Positions 59,424 to 64,000 of a stretch of 64,000 nucleotides of DNA are shown in pieces (the first letter of the stretch is position 1; every line of letters starts with the position of its first letter). The stretch comes from an uncultured virus (IMG/VR IMGVR_UViG_3300042434_001127) (lineage: Duplodnaviria; Heunggongvirae; Uroviricota; Caudoviricetes). The DNA is taken from the IMG/VR virus record IMGVR_UViG_3300042434_001127. One strand, 5' to 3'. The notes beneath the pieces were generated by a model. That model was not told the origin of the DNA, did no database searches, and was given only the letters and a program-made list of their open reading frames with translations. The position numbers were made by a program, and so were the translations under genes.

Positions 59424-60368
59424 ATGCATAATGATTTCCTTTGGGTCGAAAAGTATCGACCTAAAACTATTGAAGAATGTATTCTCCCAGAGAATATTAA
59501 AAAAACTTTTAAAGACTTTCTAAATAAGGGCGAAATACCAAACTTGCTTCTTGCTGGTTCTGCTGGCGTTGGCAAAACCACAGTGGCAAAGGCATTGTGT
59601 CATGAATTGGGAGTAGACTATTATGTCATTAACGGATCCGACGAAGGTAGATTCCTCGATACTGTCCGAAACAATGCGAAAAACTTCGCTTCGACCCTTT
59701 CGCTTTCGTCAACTGCTAAACACAAAGTCATCATTATTGATGAGGCAGACAATACAACCGCAGATGTACAACTCCTCTTACGGGCTTCTATTGAGGAATT
59801 TGCTAACAATTGCCGCTTCATCTTTACCTGTAACTATAAAAACAAAATCATTGAACCCCTCCATTCCCGTTGCGCCGTTGTGGAGTTTGGAATCCGAGGA
59901 CAAGAAAAAGCCCAGTTGGCAGGATCCTTCTTCAAGCGTTTACAGAACATCTTGGATGAAGAAAGTGTACGATACGATCCTAAAGTCCTTGCCAAACTAA
60001 TTAAGAAACATTACCCTGATTGGAGACGTGTTCTTAATGAATGTCAACGTTACTCTGTTGGTGGAGAAATTGATTCTGGAATTTTAGTATCATTTTCTGA
60101 AACAAATACTGATGAACTTATTCAATATCTCAAAGATAAAAACTTTACTGAAGTTAGAAAGTGGGTGGTCTCCAACCTGGACAACGATCCTTCTAATCTA
60201 CTTCGCGGGATTTATGACTCCTGTTATAACTGCCTTGTGCCCGCCTCTATCCCTGCTGCCGTGCTTGTTATTGCTAAGTATCAATACCAATGTGCGTTCG
60301 TGGCTGATCAAGAAATTAACTTATTAGCCGCATTGACTGAGTTAATGGTAGAGTGTAATTTTAAATGA
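59424..60368 (+). CDS. gp44: Clamp loader large subunit gp44
   Basis: WVEKYRP, GSAGVGKT, IIDEAD, LHSRC. Confidence 0.97.
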   Translation: MHNDFLWVEKYRPKTIEECILPENIKKTFKDFLNKGEIPNLLLAGSAGVGKTTVAKALCHELGVDYYVINGSDEGRFLDTVRNNAKNFASTLSLSSTAKHKVIIIDEADNTTADVQLLLRASIEEFANNCRFIFTCNYKNKIIEPLHSRCAVVEFGIRGQEKAQLAGSFFKRLQNILDEESVRYDPKVLAKLIKKHYPDWRRVLNECQRYSVGGEIDSGILVSFSETNTDELIQYLKDKNFTEVRKWVVSNLDNDPSNLLRGIYDSCYNCLVPASIPAAVLVIAKYQYQCAFVADQEINLLAALTELMVECNFK

Positions 60369-60751
60369 AGACAGAATTAAAAGATTGGTTAAATTCTATT
60401 AATCAGACAAAAAATAATCTTATCGATGAAGATCCTTCTTTAAAAAAAGATTATCCTCCATTCATTATAAACAAATGTATGGCTGGTCATATTGATTGTG
60501 TAATGTTTGCTAATGCCATGAATATGAATCATGGCTTAGATAAAAAGCTTCAATATGACTTTTATATAAATATTGTGAGGAAAAGGAAAAGATATTCTCC
60601 TTGGCTCCGAAAGGATAAAATCAAAGATCTTGAATGCGTCAAATCTTACTATGGCTATAGTAATGAAAAGGCACAACAGGCTTTGAACCTTCTTACAAAA
60701 GAACAAATCGACTTTATTAAATCAAAACTTGATGTTGGGGGATCAAAATGA
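60365..60751 (+). CDS. gp62: Clamp loader small subunit gp62
   Basis: YPPFIINKCM; RKRKRYSPW; YYGYSNEKA. Confidence 0.93.
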   Translation: MKTELKDWLNSINQTKNNLIDEDPSLKKDYPPFIINKCMAGHIDCVMFANAMNMNHGLDKKLQYDFYINIVRKRKRYSPWLRKDKIKDLECVKSYYGYSNEKAQQALNLLTKEQIDFIKSKLDVGGSK

Positions 60752-61179
60752 GTGTTGTAACTGAACCTGAAGTAAATTGGACACCAGACCAGATGGTCGA
60801 GGTAATTCTTAATGAGCCTGATGATTTTCTAAAGGTTCGTGAGACGCTTACTCGTATTGGCGTAGCTAGTAGAAAAGAAAAGACTCTATACCAGTCTTGT
60901 CATATTCTTCATAAGCAAGGTAAATATTTTATTGTACATTTTAAAGAATTGTTTGCATTGGACGGTAAACATGCCAATCTTACAGTTAACGATGTTCAAC
61001 GTCGCAATCGTATTGCTCAATTGCTTGCTGATTGGGGTTTAATTACGATTGTAAATGTGGATAAAATTACGGATATTGCTCCACTTAATCAAATTAAAGT
61101 TCTTTCTTATAAAGAAAAGGATGAGTGGACTTTAGAAACTAAGTACAATATTGGTAAAAAAAGAAAAGTTGAAGAATGA
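60748..61179 (+). CDS. regA: Translational repressor RegA
   Basis: DDFLKVRETLTRIGVAS; LYQSCHILHKQGKYFIVHFKELF. Confidence 0.97.
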   Translation: MSVVTEPEVNWTPDQMVEVILNEPDDFLKVRETLTRIGVASRKEKTLYQSCHILHKQGKYFIVHFKELFALDGKHANLTVNDVQRRNRIAQLLADWGLITIVNVDKITDIAPLNQIKVLSYKEKDEWTLETKYNIGKKRKVEE

Positions 61180-61793
61180 CTTACAAAGAACATGTAATAC
61201 CAATTTTTTCAACACCACTTTATTTTGTAGATGGTGAAGAAGAAACATTTAAATTTAATAATGAACAATTAAATTTTTTAAAGGAAGCAGATTATGTTGA
61301 GGCAGAACATAATTACGTGACTAAAGACAATCAAATTTTAAATCTAGAAGTTTTTTCAGATTTAAAATTATTTGTACAAAATCACATTGATACTTATGCT
61401 AAAAAATTTATATTAAAAGAACAAGATTGTAAATTTGAAATTAGTAGTTCTTGGGCAACAAAAACTAAGACAGGTCAATTTCACAATTTTCACAAACATT
61501 TAACTTCGGTAATGAGTGGAGTTGTTAGTGTGACACCAAATAATGTCACAGTATTTTCTAGAGAAATTCAAGGACCTTTTCCATTTTTTGCGTTTGACTA
61601 TAAACATTATGGAACTGCATTTGCAGAAAAAGTTAATGTTGTGCAAGAAAATTCTGGGTGTTTATTGTTATTTCCATCTAATGTATTTCATTCAGTTCCA
61701 ACTTATCAATTAGAAGAAGACAGATATTCTATATCTTTTAATGTATTTCCTAGAGGAAATTTTTATACACATCCTGAACAAACAATAGTATAA
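61176..61793 (+). CDS. Putative 2OG-Fe(II) oxygenase
   Basis: HKH..SVMSGV; LLLFPSNVFHSV; RYSISFN. Confidence 0.85.
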   Translation: MTYKEHVIPIFSTPLYFVDGEEETFKFNNEQLNFLKEADYVEAEHNYVTKDNQILNLEVFSDLKLFVQNHIDTYAKKFILKEQDCKFEISSSWATKTKTGQFHNFHKHLTSVMSGVVSVTPNNVTVFSREIQGPFPFFAFDYKHYGTAFAEKVNVVQENSGCLLLFPSNVFHSVPTYQLEEDRYSISFNVFPRGNFYTHPEQTIV

Positions 61794-61876
61794 ATAAATA
61801 TGAGACCTTTCGTGCGGTCTCTACGAAAGTCGGAACACCCTAAAAGAGGTACGGTTTACACCGCACCTCTTTTTTT
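61789..61876 (+). ncRNA. Candidate small pseudoknot RNA (late promoter to terminator)
   Basis: TATAAATA at 61789; stem GAGACC/GGTCTC; loop TTTCGT pairs with ACGAAA; terminator AGAGGT.CGGT-TTAC-ACCG.ACCTCT + T tract. Confidence 0.55.
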
Positions 61877-61951
61877 GCTATTATGGTTAAATAGTATTGG
61901 ATGCCGAAAGGATCCATAAAACACAAACTCGCTTTTAAAGGAGCTACCATA

Positions 61952-62386
61952 ATGACTAATCTCACAAGGTATACTACTGCGGATCTTCCTACCCTGTTGG
62001 ATAGAATTACTCGCAATAGTATTGGAATGGACGAATATTTTGATAGACTGTTTAAAGTTCATGAAACTACATCAAATTACCCTCCATACAATCTTGTTCA
62101 ACTAAGTAATACTGAGTCTCGTTTAGAACTCGCACTTGCAGGATTTAAAAAGGAAGAAATCCGTGTGTTTACCGAGTATGGAAAACTTTTTATCGAAGGA
62201 CAAAAGGAGGATAAAGAATCCGATTCCAACTACATCCATAAGGGATTGGCTCAACGATCTTTCAAAAGAGCGTGGACGTTGGCAGATGATACCGAAGTGA
62301 AAGAAGTTAAATTTGAAGACGGACTATTGGTTGTTGAATTGAGAAAAATTATACCAGAACATCATGCTCGCAAAGATTATCTCTAA
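61952..62386 (+). CDS. hsp20: Small heat shock protein (Hsp20)
   Basis: NYPPYNL; LELALAGF; YIHKGLAQRSF; FEDGLL; SD AAGGAG; ATG 61952 preferred. Confidence 0.95.
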   Translation: MTNLTRYTTADLPTLLDRITRNSIGMDEYFDRLFKVHETTSNYPPYNLVQLSNTESRLELALAGFKKEEIRVFTEYGKLFIEGQKEDKESDSNYIHKGLAQRSFKRAWTLADDTEVKEVKFEDGLLVVELRKIIPEHHARKDYL

Positions 62387-62450
62387 ATATATTTGAATAT
62401 CGTCGGCGCTTGGGGGAAGGATGGTCAGAATCATCCATTCCCCCCTTTCC
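62384..62450 (+). other. Late promoter + GC hairpin (terminator or small RNA)
   Basis: TAAATA at 62384; GGGGGAA-GGATGG-TCAGAA-TCATCC-A-TTCCCCC. Confidence 0.5.
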
Positions 62451-62466
62451 ATAAATAAAAATAAAA

Positions 62467-63180
62467 ATGAACTTAGAGTTGTTTCTTGAGCAAAAAATAA
62501 CTTTTAAATATCACGATCAACTTAATCAGAAGATCTGGAATAATACTAAATTAAAACCTGAAGTTAAAATGAAACTTGTCCGAATAGGGCAAGCATGGGC
62601 AGAGTTTGCAAATATACCAACTAGTGCAATCAAAGATATGATTGTTGTTGGTGGAAATGCAAATTATAATTATACCGAGTATTCTGATATAGATCTACAT
62701 TTGGTTGTTGATAAAAACAAACTACCAGACTGTCCAGATCTTATTGATGATTATTTAAGAGATAAAAAACAACTTTGGGCTTTGACACATGACATTAAAA
62801 TTTATGGACATGATGTTGAACTTTATGCTGAAGAAGAAGGAACTGAACGACCATCAAATCAAGGTGTTTATTCTGTAAAATATAATAAGTGGTTAGCCCA
62901 ACCAAAGTATGAAAACCCTGGGGTAGATACTAAACTTTTAAAAAAGAAAACTCATGATTTGATGGATAAAATTGATTTGTTTATTTCTGGCAAATCTAAT
63001 GATATAATGGAGATGAAAAGACTGAAAGAAAAACTTAGAATGATGAGGCAAGCTGCTATTAGAAAAGGTGGTGAGTTTTCAATTGAAAATCTTGTGTTTA
63101 AAGAATTAAGAAACAATGGATATCTGACTAAGTTTTCAGACTATATAACATCTAAGCAAGTAAAAGAACTTTCATTATAG
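62467..63180 (+). CDS. Pol-beta superfamily nucleotidyltransferase
   Basis: IVVGGNANYNYTEYSDIDLHLVVD (G[GS]-x-DxD), downstream VELY; ATAAATA at 62451-62457. Confidence 0.8.
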   Translation: MNLELFLEQKITFKYHDQLNQKIWNNTKLKPEVKMKLVRIGQAWAEFANIPTSAIKDMIVVGGNANYNYTEYSDIDLHLVVDKNKLPDCPDLIDDYLRDKKQLWALTHDIKIYGHDVELYAEEEGTERPSNQGVYSVKYNKWLAQPKYENPGVDTKLLKKKTHDLMDKIDLFISGKSNDIMEMKRLKEKLRMMRQAAIRKGGEFSIENLVFKELRNNGYLTKFSDYITSKQVKELSL

Positions 63181-63189
63181 GAGATTTTT

Positions 63190-63498
63190 ATGGATGATTA
63201 TGAAACAATTGACATGGATGAACAACTTCAAGAAGAGAAATCAGAGCGTGTCGTTAAATGCATTTTATTTGAGAATGGTCTGTATGTAATTTCTGAGATA
63301 GAAGAAATTGTTGCTGAGTATGGAATGCCTAACTGTAAGTTGGTAAATCCATTCACAATTACTGAAACTGGTTATTTGGAAACCTTTCCAAAACATTGTG
63401 GTCAATCAGAAATTTTAATGTCTTCGGATAAGTTCTTGACAATTTACGATCCCTCTGATAACATACTGAGTAAGTATGATGGGATCACTGCTGGATGA
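63190..63498 (+). CDS. Hypothetical protein
   Basis: 102 aa; SD AGGAG; coupled to gp43. Confidence 0.7.
   Translation: MDDYETIDMDEQLQEEKSERVVKCILFENGLYVISEIEEIVAEYGMPNCKLVNPFTITETGYLETFPKHCGQSEILMSSDKFLTIYDPSDNILSKYDGITAG
63436..63464 (+). promoter_or_regulatory. Putative sigma70 promoter for gp43
   Basis: TTGACA-17-TAACAT with extended -10 TG. Confidence 0.55.
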
Positions 63499-64000
63499 GA
63501 TTTTATACTAATGTTCAGTTGATTGGAAATGAGTTTCTCGTTCGCGGTTATAATAATGGCGATCACTTTCAGTTCAGAGAAAAATATTCTCCAACACTCT
63601 TTGTCTTATCTCAAAAGCCAACAAAGTACACCACTCTCGACGGTAAGTATGTAGAACCAATTCAACCTGGATTGGTGAAGGATTGTAGAGAGTTTTATCG
63701 TCAATATGAAGATGTTGAAAATTTTGACATCTACGGCAATAATAGATTCATCTATCAATATATTTCTGATAACTATCCTGAAGATGAAATTAAGTTTGAT
63801 ATTAGTAAAATTAAAATATCAACAATTGATATTGAGGTAGCCTCAGAAAACGGATTTCCGAATGTTAGAGATTGTGCCGAAGAACTTCTCACAATTTCGA
63901 TGCAAGATTATGCGTCCAAAAAAATTACCACATGGGGTGTAAAGACATTCATCAATAAGCAAGATAATGTGACTTACATTCAATGTAAAGATGAACAAGA
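63495..64000 (+). CDS. gp43: Family B DNA polymerase gp43, 3'-truncated
   Basis: MRFYTNVQLIGNEFLVRGY...ExoI TIDIEVASENGFP; open to the window end. Confidence 0.93.
   Translation, partial: MRFYTNVQLIGNEFLVRGYNNGDHFQFREKYSPTLFVLSQKPTKYTTLDGKYVEPIQPGLVKDCREFYRQYEDVENFDIYGNNRFIYQYISDNYPEDEIKFDISKIKISTIDIEVASENGFPNVRDCAEELLTISMQDYASKKITTWGVKTFINKQDNVTYIQCKDEQ

Noticed and set aside
2316..60327. Many short antisense or out-of-frame ORFs inside long genes (e.g. 34968-35579, 45996-46403, 54175-54957, 57467-57952)
   Set aside because: Fully overlap well-supported genes; explained by codon bias suppressing stops on the opposite strand
61800..61950. tRNA gene
   Set aside because: No cloverleaf or T-loop (GTTCRA) consensus; the pairing fits a pseudoknot and hairpins

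Overview
A 64-kb segment of a T4-like myovirus genome. Its gene order and content (gp25-gp6-gp7-gp8, gp13-gp23, gp3, uvsY, uvsW, gp55, gp47/46, CobS-like AAA, gp45/44/62, regA, 2OG-Fe(II) oxygenase, hsp20, start of gp43) fit a cyanomyophage. Nearly all genes are on the + strand. Bases 1-~1650 are a GC-richer island with small ORFs, divergent sigma70-type promoters, G/C hairpins and short direct/inverted repeats (origin-like). Bases 4.5-47 kb are the virion morphogenesis block driven by T4-type late promoters ((TA)TAAATA), and 47-64 kb is the recombination/replication block. Leading candidates for undescribed biology: (i) a G-[IV]-[GS]-[ST]-T tag spread through virion-exterior proteins, together with a late-promoter glycosyltransferase (possible virion glycosylation); (ii) a family of late, Glu-delimited modular proteins that look capsid-packaged, including a nucleotidyltransferase; (iii) a late promoter-pseudoknot-terminator small RNA and other structured RNAs around hsp20; (iv) a perfect-consensus antisense promoter sharing its -35 region with the gp55 promoter; (v) a promoter/R-loop/iteron origin candidate. 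Product calls come from motif recognition and synteny only; no database searches were run. No tRNA, rRNA, CRISPR array, intron or intein was recognised.
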